Notes: a model not told the origin generated them from the letters alone. A stretch of 64,000 nt of DNA from Candidatus Uhrbacteria bacterium GW2011_GWE2_46_68 (GCA_001002765.1 LCMS01000002.1:1454-65453), one strand, 5' to 3'. Shown: positions 49,676 to 59,595, numbered from the stretch's first letter. A program made the numbers and translations.

Positions 49676-50599
49676 CTAGTGTTTTTTATGATGATGTCGT
49701 CGCGCAAGTTTCCAAATGATCCACATCAAAACAAGAATGGGGAAAAGAAGGCCACCGCCTACAATCACAAACCAAATGCCGAAGTTGATGAGATTTTGAC
49801 CTAAAACCACAAATGCTTGAGCCGCTTGTTTGACCGTTGTCCACGGACGGAATTCTTTGGAAGGAAGGGTGATAAGCGTCTCTTCGGAAAGGGAAACCGA
49901 GATGGTGGAATACATGGTACGATCATCCAGGTAATTGATACGTCCTTGTAAGACTTCGATTTCGGAGCGGATTTCTCCCAAAGCCTCTTGGACTTTCAAA
50001 ATTTCTTCCACGGTTGTGGCGCGATTCAAGATAAGAAGATACGCAGCTTCTTGCGCTTGCGCGGTTGTAAGTCGCGCCATGTAGTCAGTGTATTCCTCGG
50101 TGACATCCGTGCCGGTTGTGGATTCCTCGGATACAAATGTTGCTAGGTCTTTGAGAGATTGAATGGCCGCTTCAAAGGAAGCCGAAGGAATGCGAATATT
50201 GATCGATCCTGTCTTAGTCCCATTTTCCGATTCATTGACATAGGAGGATTGAACAAATCCTTTGAGCGTTGATGTCAGTTCGGTTGTTTGGGTGATCGCT
50301 TCATCTACCTTGTCAACAATAAGCGTCAGTGAACCGGTTTTGATAATTTTTTGACTGACATCAGTCGCGCTCGTTGCCTCGTCATAGGTGACGAGAGAGT
50401 CATTCATGACAAATGATCGTGTGGAAGGAGCACTCGCCGCACCGGCAAACATACCAAAAGATTCTGATTGGAAGGATCCCACGTTTCCTGTTGCCACAAG
50501 AGAAAGGCGTACCACGATGGCAGTAAAAATAACGAGTGCGATGACAGCTACAATGATACCCAAAGGAATCAAGATCCAACGTAAAAGATGTTTATGCAT
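49676..50599 (-). CDS. DUF4349 domain membrane protein
   Basis: N- and C-terminal TM helices with a central DUF4349-like region. Sits between the two transketolase subunit genes. Confidence 0.5.
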   Translation of the reverse strand: MHKHLLRWILIPLGIIVAVIALVIFTAIVVRLSLVATGNVGSFQSESFGMFAGAASAPSTRSFVMNDSLVTYDEATSATDVSQKIIKTGSLTLIVDKVDEAITQTTELTSTLKGFVQSSYVNESENGTKTGSINIRIPSASFEAAIQSLKDLATFVSEESTTGTDVTEEYTDYMARLTTAQAQEAAYLLILNRATTVEEILKVQEALGEIRSEIEVLQGRINYLDDRTMYSTISVSLSEETLITLPSKEFRPWTTVKQAAQAFVVLGQNLINFGIWFVIVGGGLLFPILVLMWIIWKLARRHHHKKH

Positions 50600-50607
50600 A
50601 AAGATGA

Positions 50608-51426
50608 TTAAGATTCTCTGGCAATGGTGCCAGAGAGAGAATGAATTTGTTTGATCGCATTTTGAGATTCAGCGCCCGGTTTTGGTGTTTTTCCATGCCA
50701 GGTAAAATCATGCTCCATAAAATCCACGCCACAGCCGGGAACGGTATCGGCAATAATAACTGTTGGTTGTTCGGTGATTTGTTGCGCGTGAGAAACAGCG
50801 TTGATAACTTGACGCATATCATTACCATCACAGCGGATCACATGAAGGCCAAAGGACTCAAATTTTGCTTGGAGAGGTTCCAGTGGCATCACCTCCTCGG
50901 TCGTTCCATCAATTTGGATATTGTTGCGATCCACAATAAAGGTGCAGTTATAAAGATGATGTTTGGAAGCAAAAAGCATAGCTTCCCAAGTTTGCCCTTC
51001 TTGAAGTTCGCCGTCAGACATAAGGCAATAGACGCGCCACGGCGCATGATCCATAAGCGCCACATAAGCAGCGCCGGTCGCCTGGGAGGAAGCCGATCCC
51101 AAAGGCCCGGAAGTTTGTTCGATCCCCGGGAGGGATCCGTATTCCGGATGTCCTTGAAGACGGGAACCAAATTTGCGCAGGGTCATGAGAAGAGATTTTG
51201 AAAAATAATCCGCATGTGCAAGAGCAGCATATTGGGCGGGAACCGCGTGCCCGTTACTTAAAAAAAGTCGGTCGCGGTTTTGCCAGTCAGGTTGTTTGGG
51301 ACGATGGACAAGAATATGAAAATAAAATGCCGTGAAAATATCTGCCATTCCCAAGGAACTAGCCGTGTGTCCCGAGCCTGCCTCTACAAGCATATCAATC
51401 ACATCTTCACGAATGGTACAGGCCAT
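50608..51426 (-). CDS. Transketolase, N-terminal (TPP-binding) subunit
   Basis: GSGHTASSLGMADI, LFLSNGH and the GDG-type TPP motif (CLMSDGELQEG). Confidence 0.85.
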   Translation of the reverse strand: MACTIREDVIDMLVEAGSGHTASSLGMADIFTAFYFHILVHRPKQPDWQNRDRLFLSNGHAVPAQYAALAHADYFSKSLLMTLRKFGSRLQGHPEYGSLPGIEQTSGPLGSASSQATGAAYVALMDHAPWRVYCLMSDGELQEGQTWEAMLFASKHHLYNCTFIVDRNNIQIDGTTEEVMPLEPLQAKFESFGLHVIRCDGNDMRQVINAVSHAQQITEQPTVIIADTVPGCGVDFMEHDFTWHGKTPKPGAESQNAIKQIHSLSGTIARES

Positions 51427-51585
51427 TTTTTGCAATGCGTGGCATTTGCGTTCCGAAAGAAAAAGAGATTTCCGTGGTCTTGATTCTCTTTTGTGTATGG
51501 GCATACGATACCCACAGTGTAGCAGAAAAATGGTGGGATTCGAAACGAAAAAGCAGAGGTTTATGCCCTCTGCTTTTTTTCTGAT

Positions 51586-52380
51586 TTATTCAACAACGAT
51601 CGTTCCCGTGTTGCTTTCATCATAGCGATCGTAGTACTCGTAGGTGCCTGACTCATCAAAATATCTTGCCCATGAACGGCCGGCGCTGATCGTGCCGCTG
51701 CCCCATTCTTTGTCTTCGTCCGAGGCAGAGTGGTTTTCCGTATCGGTATTGTTCCAGCGGATTGCAGTGCCTACCTCGATCGTGATCGAAGTATCACTGT
51801 ATCCCGCAGAGGAGATATCGATTTCCGCGGCTTCCTGGAGATCCTTGTCCTCATCAATACTATAGGCATCGGCTTGCTCGGCATCAGGATCAAAACTTGA
51901 GGCTGTATCAATACTTGCTCCCATGGTGTAGTTGCCAAAGAATCCATCTGGAAGATCATCAATTTGCTTGTTCCAATCAGATCCGTATAAAGCTTCCGCG
52001 ATCTCGGCAGTTTTGACCCAGCGCAAGGTTCCGTTGGAACCGATGGCATAGGTGGTCGGCGAGCTTGTCACTTTGATCATTTTTACCCCCGGTTTGTAGG
52101 TGATATTTCCACCGAGTTGAACCGTGGCCAGATCAGCATCAGAGACCCATCTCACATCATCAAAGTTTTCGTACCAGGTGAAATAGATTTTGTCGTTTGG
52201 AAAAACATAACGGAATCCGTCAACACTGTAGTAGTACACTGCAGAAAAACTTTCACCGCGAAAGAGATCACCAGCCTGAAGATCATCCACAGAAATCAAA
52301 GAAGACGCTTTGGCTGGGGAAAGGGCACAAATTCCAAACACCGCAACCAAGATACTCAGATAGGCAAGTCCTTTTTTCAT
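51586..52380 (-). CDS. Secreted hypothetical protein
   Basis: Signal peptide. Acidic C-terminal region. No family recognised. Confidence 0.35.
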   Translation of the reverse strand: MKKGLAYLSILVAVFGICALSPAKASSLISVDDLQAGDLFRGESFSAVYYYSVDGFRYVFPNDKIYFTWYENFDDVRWVSDADLATVQLGGNITYKPGVKMIKVTSSPTTYAIGSNGTLRWVKTAEIAEALYGSDWNKQIDDLPDGFFGNYTMGASIDTASSFDPDAEQADAYSIDEDKDLQEAAEIDISSAGYSDTSITIEVGTAIRWNNTDTENHSASDEDKEWGSGTISAGRSWARYFDESGTYEYYDRYDESNTGTIVVE

Positions 52381-52457
52381 AGAGCATGTGAAAATAATGA
52401 TAAAGATAAGGATAGTATAGCATGGGTTTTTGTAAGCGAGGAGCAAGGGTGTGGATT

Positions 52458-53102
52458 TCAACAAAAGGATTGAAGGCGCTTGAGGGCTTGAAGCGGGTCT
52501 TGTGCGGAAAAAATGAGTGATGCCACAGAAAAACGGGTGATCCCGGCTTCTTTTAGGGAAGGAATGAGGTTTTCAGTTACCCCGCCGTCAATCTCGATGG
52601 TAATTTGCGGATAAAGGTGATGAAGATGGTGAATTTTTTCGAGGATATATTCTCCTTCAAACGGTTGGCCAGAGGATCCCGGGTGTACGCCCAAGATGGT
52701 GGCTTGATCTACATGTGGAAGAATCGTTAGAGCTTCTTCAATGGGAGTCTCCGGATTAAACGCGACGGCCGTTTCGAGGTGAAGATAATCTTTGGCATGA
52801 GAAAGGATGGTGCCGACCGGTCTATCTAGTTCATGGTGAACAATGACACGTTTGGTTCCGGGCACAAACTTTTTCCATTCCTCGATAATGGGAAGAGGAT
52901 TTTCGATCATGAGATGGAGTTCAAATTGTGCCTGTGTGTCAAGAGCTCCTACATGATGCGCATCAAACCAACTGACGTGATCATAGAGACTTCCGTCGAG
53001 GATATCGACTTGAATGATGGGGGCGAGGGATTCAATCTGGCGGAGTTTACGTTCAAACTCTTGTTTTGACTCTGCAAGAATGGCGGGGATGATTTCTATC
53101 AT
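52458..53102 (-). CDS. rpe: Ribulose-phosphate 3-epimerase
   Basis: IIPAILA, VDILDGS, HLMIENP and GVTENLI motifs. The start overlaps the rpiB stop (ATGA). Confidence 0.85.
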   Translation of the reverse strand: MIEIIPAILAESKQEFERKLRQIESLAPIIQVDILDGSLYDHVSWFDAHHVGALDTQAQFELHLMIENPLPIIEEWKKFVPGTKRVIVHHELDRPVGTILSHAKDYLHLETAVAFNPETPIEEALTILPHVDQATILGVHPGSSGQPFEGEYILEKIHHLHHLYPQITIEIDGGVTENLIPSLKEAGITRFSVASLIFSAQDPLQALKRLQSFC

Positions 53103-53563
53103 AGGGGATAGATATGCGATTCGATTTCAGAGAGTTTTTGAAGACGACGTAGGTGGCGTTCTTCTCCACTAAAATCAGTTTGGAGCCAAAGGGTGGTGAT
53201 CTTCAGGACTTCTTGTTTTGAAAGATGTCGGGCAGGAAGGCAGAGAACATTGCTGTCATCGTCGGTTCGACTTGTTTGCGCAACCTGTTCATCAAAACCT
53301 GTTGCCGCACGAATGCCTTTTACTTTGTTTGCCACGATAGAAACTCCTTGGGCATTGGCGCAAAGAAGAATGCCACGTGCCAGGGGGTCGGTAGCGACTC
53401 TTTGAGCCACGGCATAGCTAAAGTCAGGATAATCATCATCCTCGACCAAATGAGCATTACCAAGATCAGTCACTTCAAAACCTTGCGCAATAAGGTCGGT
53501 TTTGAGGGTTTCTTTGTATTCCCATCCCGCATGATCCGCTCCGATATAAAGATGTGGTTTCAT
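53099..53563 (-). CDS. rpiB: Ribose-5-phosphate isomerase B
   Basis: LYIGADHAGWEYK and the RpiB/LacAB fold pattern. Confidence 0.85.
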   Translation of the reverse strand: MKPHLYIGADHAGWEYKETLKTDLIAQGFEVTDLGNAHLVEDDDYPDFSYAVAQRVATDPLARGILLCANAQGVSIVANKVKGIRAATGFDEQVAQTSRTDDDSNVLCLPARHLSKQEVLKITTLWLQTDFSGEERHLRRLQKLSEIESHIYPL

Positions 53564-53585
53564 ATGCGGGTATTATAACAGATGA

Positions 53586-53613
53586 CGGGTGGGTAGGGGC
53601 GAACGGCCGTTCG
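53586..53613. repeat. Perfect palindrome TAGGGGCGAACGG|CCGTTCGCCCCTA (copy 2)
   Basis: Read directly. Intergenic, downstream of the alpha-CTD-like gene. Confidence 0.85.
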
Positions 53614-53679
53614 CCCCTACCACAGATGGATATTGATGGTGTTTTAAAAACAAAAAAACCTCTCTTTTGTCCGCAGACG

Positions 53680-54414
53680 TTAGAGAGGTCGGTCGTATTG
53701 TTCGTGAGCCCTGAGTGCAGTGATCACGAGATCAAGAGGGTAAAGACCCCTGAGATAGAGTGCTGATTTAAGTGCCGCCTTCTTTTTCCCCAGAGCATCG
53801 ACGTGATCGTGGATCTGTTGGACGGTGGGGTTCATGCCATGCTTTTGGAAGAAAAAGCAGATTGCGGAGTGGGTCGTTCCTTCCTGCACATTCACTCCTA
53901 TCCCCAAGCGCAACGCATCGAGAAGTTTTGAAAATGCACTGATTTCATCTACGATTTGACGCAGCCTTTGTTCCAATTGATGTTTGGCACTTTCGAGAAG
54001 TGTTGAAAGTGTTTGCTCATCATTCATGGCGGCTTGCTCCTCTTGAGGTTTTGGTGGGTGAGAGGGTCGGCGCTTCCTTTCATACATCTTCTTTTCCTCG
54101 TTCCAATCCTCAAGGAGAGGCATATCCTTTTTCTCGAGCTCTGCGTTGATGTGAGCTTGGTATTTACGCAAATCCATTCCCAGGCTGAACCGCAATTCAG
54201 CCAGCATTTCTTTGATTTCGTTGAGAGTTTTTTTCCCAAGATTTCGGAGGGAATGGATTTCTTCTTCGGTCCGCGCCACGAGGTGAGCCAGGGTTTCAAT
54301 GGAAGCTTCATAAAGACGGTTTTCAGCTCTCTTACTCCAGTTCAATTCCGTGCATGGCACCAGAAGTCTATCAACAAAATCAGATGCTTCTTCGTTAAGT
54401 GTGGGAAGAGGCAT
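53680..54414 (-). CDS. Stand-alone RNA polymerase alpha-subunit C-terminal-domain (alpha-CTD, HhH)-like protein
   Basis: NWSKRAENRLYEASIETLAHLVARTEEEIHSLRNLGKKTLNEIKEMLAELRFSLGM closely parallels RpoA alpha-CTD ([23 protein letters not shown]). No RpoA N-terminal domain. Start at MPLPTL (54414) with a GGAGA RBS. Confidence 0.6.
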   Translation of the reverse strand: MPLPTLNEEASDFVDRLLVPCTELNWSKRAENRLYEASIETLAHLVARTEEEIHSLRNLGKKTLNEIKEMLAELRFSLGMDLRKYQAHINAELEKKDMPLLEDWNEEKKMYERKRRPSHPPKPQEEQAAMNDEQTLSTLLESAKHQLEQRLRQIVDEISAFSKLLDALRLGIGVNVQEGTTHSAICFFFQKHGMNPTVQQIHDHVDALGKKKAALKSALYLRGLYPLDLVITALRAHEQYDRPL

Positions 54415-54457
54415 GGTTGTCTCCTTCGGGGTTTTTGATGGAAAGAACACGTGTATG

Positions 54458-54485
54458 TAGGGGTGAACGGCCGTTCACCCCTACA
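54458..54485. repeat. Perfect palindrome TAGGGGTGAACGG|CCGTTCACCCCTA (copy 3, with a compensated C>T/G>A change)
   Basis: Read directly. Lies in the divergent region between the alpha-CTD-like gene and ileS. Confidence 0.85.
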
Positions 54486-54588
54486 GGCGATTTTGCCCTC
54501 ATACGTGACCACAATAAAACCAACGCGTCAATCGGTTTGCTCGGCGGCCTACATTTTGGTACCATAAAGCTTACAAAATCATCAAAAT

Positions 54589-57483
54589 ATGGCCGATTCT
54601 CAACCAAATCTCCCGGAGCAGGAAAAAGAAACCCTGGCCTTTTGGGAGAAACAAGAGATTTTTAAAAAGTCTTTGCAAAAAAAAGCCCCAAAGGGCAATT
54701 TTGTTTTTTTTGAAGGTCCGCCTACTGCTAATGGGCGTCCGGGGATCCATCATGCCGAGGCGCGAGCGTTCAAAGACGCCATCCCACGATTCCGTACCAT
54801 GCAAGGTTATCATGTGGGTCGTAAAGGCGGCTGGGATACCCATGGCCTCCCTGTGGAAATTGAAGTGGAAAAGCAATTGGGGTTTAAGAGCAAGGCTGAA
54901 ATTGAAGGTTATGGAGTTGAGGCATTTAATCAACAGTGTCGGGAGAGTGTGTGGAAGTATTTGAATGAATGGATCGAGTTTACCAAGCGTATGGGATATT
55001 GGGTGGATTTGGATGACGCGTATATCACCTACAAACCCGAATATGTGGAGTCTCTCTGGTGGTGTATCAAACAAATTTGGGATAAAGGACTTTTGTATAA
55101 AGATTATCGAGTGACCCCACATTGTCCGCGCTGTGGGACATCGCTTTCTTCCCACGAGTTATCACAAGGATATAAGGATGTGGAGGATCCGGCGATTACG
55201 ATTGCATTTAAAGTGACTTCGAAAGCGGATGGATCAACACCAAGTGAGTCGGAATATCTGGTCGCTTGGACCACCACTCCTTGGACTTTGCCCGGGAATG
55301 TGGCACTCGCTGTGGGAGAAGATGTGGATTATGTGAAGGTGAAGCAAGGAGATAAATATTATTGGCTGGCCAAAGCACGATTGTCTTTTGTGATGAGCGG
55401 AGAGTACGAAGTTGTAGAGGAACAAAAAGGGAAGGTGTTGATCGGTTATGCTTATGAACCTTTATATCCTTTTGTAAAAGATGCGATTGCCGGAACACCG
55501 GAAGGGGAAAAGAAAGCATGGATCGTGGTGGGTGCCGATTTTGTTTCGATTGAGGATGGATCTGGAATTGTGCATACGGCCGTCATGTATGGAGTGGAGG
55601 ATTTTGAACTCGGACAAAAAATAGGACTTCCCAAATATCACATGGTGGATTTGAACGGAAAGTTTGTGAATGGAGCCGGACCCTATGCCGGAAGGTTTGT
55701 AAAAAGTGCGGATGGGGCGATTATGGATGATTTGGAAGCGCGGGGGTTATTGCTTAAACGTGAAAAAATTACTCATACTTATCCATTTTGTTGGCGTTGT
55801 AAGTCACCGGTTATTTATTATGCCAAGGATTCTTGGTATATCAAGATGAGCCAAATGCGTGAAAAATTGATGGCGGAAAACGAAAAAATTCATTGGGAGC
55901 CGGAACATTTGAAAGATGGGAGATTTGGCGAATGGTTGCGTGAGGCAAAAGACTGGGCTTTTTCCCGCGAGCGCTATTGGGGAACCCCGCTTCCTGTCTG
56001 GGAGTGTAATGCTTGCAAGGAACAGATGTGTATGGGGAGTTTTGAAGAGTTGCGTGCGCAAGCAACCACTCCACTTCATGATCCTTTTGATCCTCATCGT
56101 CCGTTTGTGGATCAAGTGGAGGTGAAATGCCAAAAGTGTGGGGGGGTGGCAAAACGCGTGCCCGATGTGATTGACGTATGGTTTGATTCGGGTTGTATGC
56201 CGTTTGCTCAGTGGCATTATCCATTTGAGAACAAAGAAAAGATTGATGAGGGGATTGAGTATCCGGCGGATTTTATCTCCGAGGCGATCGATCAAACCCG
56301 CGGATGGTTTTATACCTTACTTGCCGTGGCTGTATTGCTTGGAAAAGAACGACCGTTTAAGAACGTGATTTGTTTGGGGCATGTCCTTGATGCGGAAGGA
56401 AAAAAGATGAGTAAGTCTTTAGGGAATATAGTAATGCCCATGGAAATGATGGAAAAATACGGAGCCGATGCTGTGCGTTGGTATATGTACACGATCAATC
56501 AACCTGGGGAAGGAAAACGGTTTGATGAAAAAACACTTTCTGAAATGGTCAAAAAGAATTTTACTATTTTGCTTAACGTCATGCGGTTTTACGAGATGTT
56601 TGCCAAGGATGTTCCCACAGCAAATCAAGTAGAGTCGGCTCATATAATGGATCGATGGATTCTCGCACGATTACACGAATTGATCCGCAACAACACAAAA
56701 TGGCTTGAAGAGTACAAGGTACTTGAGCCCGCGCGAGCGATCAGCGAGTTCATCAATGATCTTTCCACCTGGTATGTCCGTCGCAGTCGCGAGCGGTGTA
56801 AGGGGGCAGATGAAGAAAGCGCTTTGGCAGTCGCCACTTTACGCGTGGTTCTTTCCGCACTTTCTAAGCTCATGGCGCCTTTCACTCCTTTTATTGCCGA
56901 AACGGTTTACAAAGCCGTGGATCACACAAAAGAATCTGTCCATCTGGAAGATTGGCCGGTTGTAGATTTGATAAAAATTGATCAAGAACTTTTGGACGAG
57001 ATGGGAAAGGCGCGATCTACTGTTTCAAAAGCCTTAGAAAAACGAGCCGAATCAGGAATCAACGTACGTCAGGTATTGTCGATGATGACAATCACCCGTC
57101 CTTCAGGAGCAATGTCTAATGAGGTTATTGAGGTCGTTAAAGATGAGGTGAATGTCCGTGAGATCAGAATAGAAAAAGGAGAGCATGCCGTTCACCTTGA
57201 CCTCACTCTTACTCCAGAGCTTGTACGGGAAGGGACGGTGCGTGAGGTAATTCGTCGTGTGAATGCGATGCGTAAAGAAGCCAATCTCACGATTGGTGAC
57301 CGTATCATTTTGTTTGTGATAAGCGAGCATCCTGAAGTGAAATTAGCTTTGGAAGAACACAAGGACGCTTTGCTTAGAGGAACACTTGCCAATCAACTTG
57401 GGACACAGGGAGACGCGCCAGAAGGAGCAGAAGCATTCCGCGTGAATGAATATGATATGCAGATAGGGTTTAAAAAAGTGTAA
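54589..57483 (+). CDS. ileS: Isoleucine--tRNA ligase (long, eukaryote/archaea-like type)
   Basis: PPTANGRPGIHH (HIGH-region variant), DWAFSRERYWGTPLP, KMSKSLGN. 964 aa. A terminator follows at 57485-57525. Confidence 0.85.
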   Translation: MADSQPNLPEQEKETLAFWEKQEIFKKSLQKKAPKGNFVFFEGPPTANGRPGIHHAEARAFKDAIPRFRTMQGYHVGRKGGWDTHGLPVEIEVEKQLGFKSKAEIEGYGVEAFNQQCRESVWKYLNEWIEFTKRMGYWVDLDDAYITYKPEYVESLWWCIKQIWDKGLLYKDYRVTPHCPRCGTSLSSHELSQGYKDVEDPAITIAFKVTSKADGSTPSESEYLVAWTTTPWTLPGNVALAVGEDVDYVKVKQGDKYYWLAKARLSFVMSGEYEVVEEQKGKVLIGYAYEPLYPFVKDAIAGTPEGEKKAWIVVGADFVSIEDGSGIVHTAVMYGVEDFELGQKIGLPKYHMVDLNGKFVNGAGPYAGRFVKSADGAIMDDLEARGLLLKREKITHTYPFCWRCKSPVIYYAKDSWYIKMSQMREKLMAENEKIHWEPEHLKDGRFGEWLREAKDWAFSRERYWGTPLPVWECNACKEQMCMGSFEELRAQATTPLHDPFDPHRPFVDQVEVKCQKCGGVAKRVPDVIDVWFDSGCMPFAQWHYPFENKEKIDEGIEYPADFISEAIDQTRGWFYTLLAVAVLLGKERPFKNVICLGHVLDAEGKKMSKSLGNIVMPMEMMEKYGADAVRWYMYTINQPGEGKRFDEKTLSEMVKKNFTILLNVMRFYEMFAKDVPTANQVESAHIMDRWILARLHELIRNNTKWLEEYKVLEPARAISEFINDLSTWYVRRSRERCKGADEESALAVATLRVVLSALSKLMAPFTPFIAETVYKAVDHTKESVHLEDWPVVDLIKIDQELLDEMGKARSTVSKALEKRAESGINVRQVLSMMTITRPSGAMSNEVIEVVKDEVNVREIRIEKGEHAVHLDLTLTPELVREGTVREVIRRVNAMRKEANLTIGDRIILFVISEHPEVKLALEEHKDALLRGTLANQLGTQGDAPEGAEAFRVNEYDMQIGFKKV

Positions 57484-57547
57484 AAAAAGACAGGGTGGAT
57501 AGCCCCGTCTTTTGTCTCTTATTGAGCTCGTGTAGAATAGAAGACGT

Positions 57548-58324
57548 ATGCCTATAGATTTTTCCAAGTTGTTTACGATGCTCGGCCTTTCGGAAACCGA
57601 GACAAAGATTTATTTCGCTTCTTTGCATTTGGGCCCCACAAGCGTTCAGGAGATTGCAAAGAAAGCTCGGCTATCACGCACCGCTGCTTATGACGCGATT
57701 GCCTCCTTACAAGATCGAGGATTGCTCTCCACCTATGAACGTGGAAAAAAGAAATTTTTTACGGTAGAGGATCCGGAGCGCGCAATCTCCTATTTTCGTA
57801 ATCAAGTGAGCAACCTCAATGATCAGTTGGGTGTGTTACACACTTCACTTTCCGAGCTCAAGATGTTAGCTGGAGGAGAAAGACCGTCTGCACGTTTTTA
57901 TGAGGGGAAGGATGCGATTCAGGCTGTTTTTCATGACGTCGCTTTGGTTTCACCTTCTATCCGTTATGAGGTGGCCAACTATGATGATGTGTATGAGCAT
58001 TTGGATATAGGACAACTTGAAAGTTATCGGCGCATTTTGCACGAAAAGAAAATCAAAATGAAGATGATTTTTTGCGGTAAGCTGCGAAAGATTTCTCCTC
58101 ACACTGAGTATTATCGAATGCCTTCAAGCGTGGGAGAATTTCACGGAGATATCTGGTTGTATGGAAATCGTGTAGCTTTTGTTTCTTTTATCGGCAAGCC
58201 GATCACGGTTATCATTGAAAGTGAGGCTTTTTCTCATGTAGCAAAAGCACTTTATGAGACAGCTTTGCTTGGGTGTGAAAAGGTGGAAGGTCCTGACATT
58301 TTTCCTCAAAACACAGAGAAATAG
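57548..58324 (+). CDS. TrmB-family transcriptional regulator
   Basis: The N-terminal wHTH (LGLSETETKIYFASLHLGPTSVQEIAKKARLSRTAAYDAIASLQDRGLL) matches TrmB. Confidence 0.6.
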   Translation: MPIDFSKLFTMLGLSETETKIYFASLHLGPTSVQEIAKKARLSRTAAYDAIASLQDRGLLSTYERGKKKFFTVEDPERAISYFRNQVSNLNDQLGVLHTSLSELKMLAGGERPSARFYEGKDAIQAVFHDVALVSPSIRYEVANYDDVYEHLDIGQLESYRRILHEKKIKMKMIFCGKLRKISPHTEYYRMPSSVGEFHGDIWLYGNRVAFVSFIGKPITVIIESEAFSHVAKALYETALLGCEKVEGPDIFPQNTEK

Positions 58325-58616
58325 CTTGTTTGTCAAGAAAAAAAGAACATTTTTTTAGGCTTAGATAAGCCTTTTTTATTTCATGAGCACCGGGAACCAT
58401 TGACAAGAGAGCTTTCATTATGATAGTCTAACGCGTTCGTAAAAACGAACATAAAGAGAGAGAGGCTGCAAAAGCAATGAAGGAGAGAGAATGTATATTA
58501 TTTCGTTTCCGGAATCCTGTTTGTGTGCCCCATGCTTGCACATAAATATATTTCTGGATCAAAAAAGCTACCCAAAAAACGGGTCGTTTTTTGATTTACG
58601 GTATAATGGAAAATAT

Positions 58617-59483
58617 ATGATAAAGAAAAAGACCGTGGTCATTGTCCCGACTAATGATGCAGAGGCGATGTTGATCGCTCTATTGGCTGAAAAGAGAGGG
58701 TTTGATGTCCTGCGTTCCAAGCAGAGTCATGGAGCTTCTTTGGATCATGGGCGTGATTATGTAGAAGCTATAAAGAAAGGAGAGTGGCAACGGGTTATTG
58801 TTGTGGAAATGCCAGGGATACAGACAGAAGAACGTATACGTTCTTTGGGGTGTGACATCGTCATTATCGATCATCATAATTACACTGGACTAGAACGAGC
58901 ATTTTATCCGCATTCTCATCGAACTCTTCCTTCTTCATTGGAACAATTTTTACACGTGGCTCGGATTACCGATCATCAATTGGAGAAATGGGGATTTTCT
59001 CCAAAACAGGTGAAGGGGGTAGGACTTTTTGATCGGGGATTTATTTGGGCATTGCAAAAAGAGGGATATACGAAAAAGGAGATACAAGAAGTACTTCAAT
59101 ATGAGGAAGAGTTGATGGGGGAAAGAAAACCATTGTCAGAAGATAAAAAAAGGTTAGAGGCTGTGGAAGAGACGTGGATGTATCATAAGAAATGGAAGGA
59201 GTTTTTTTTGGTGGAAAACAACAGTGTTTATCTTTTGCGAGGAGCTCTTTCCATTTTTCTTGCATTGAAACGTAGGAAACCCACTCCTCTTATTCTTTGG
59301 GAAAAGCGGCATCATCGTTTTTATGTGCAAGAGACACCATGGGCACAGACACTTTATAAACATTTTGGAGGATTTACTTATGGATCGCAGCAAAATTGGG
59401 GGTACCGCAATGATCAAGAAAAAAAGAAATTATGTCTTGATGATATTTTGATATTTTTAGCATCAAGGAAAGAGACATCATAG
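58617..59483 (+). CDS. Hypothetical protein
   Basis: ORF only. Start at MIKKK. No family recognised. Confidence 0.35.
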   Translation: MIKKKTVVIVPTNDAEAMLIALLAEKRGFDVLRSKQSHGASLDHGRDYVEAIKKGEWQRVIVVEMPGIQTEERIRSLGCDIVIIDHHNYTGLERAFYPHSHRTLPSSLEQFLHVARITDHQLEKWGFSPKQVKGVGLFDRGFIWALQKEGYTKKEIQEVLQYEEELMGERKPLSEDKKRLEAVEETWMYHKKWKEFFLVENNSVYLLRGALSIFLALKRRKPTPLILWEKRHHRFYVQETPWAQTLYKHFGGFTYGSQQNWGYRNDQEKKKLCLDDILIFLASRKETS

Positions 59484-59520
59484 CGGACAAAAAAATACCA
59501 GTTTATCTGGTATTTTTTTG

Positions 59521-59595
59521 TGGTGCCGAGGGTGAGAATTGAACTCACGACGCAAGGATTTTCAGTCCTTCGCTCTACCACTGAGCTACCTCGGC
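59521..59595 (-). tRNA. tRNA-Phe (anticodon GAA)
   Basis: Hand-folded: anticodon loop CTGAAAA, T-loop TTCAATT, CCA encoded. Confidence 0.8.
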
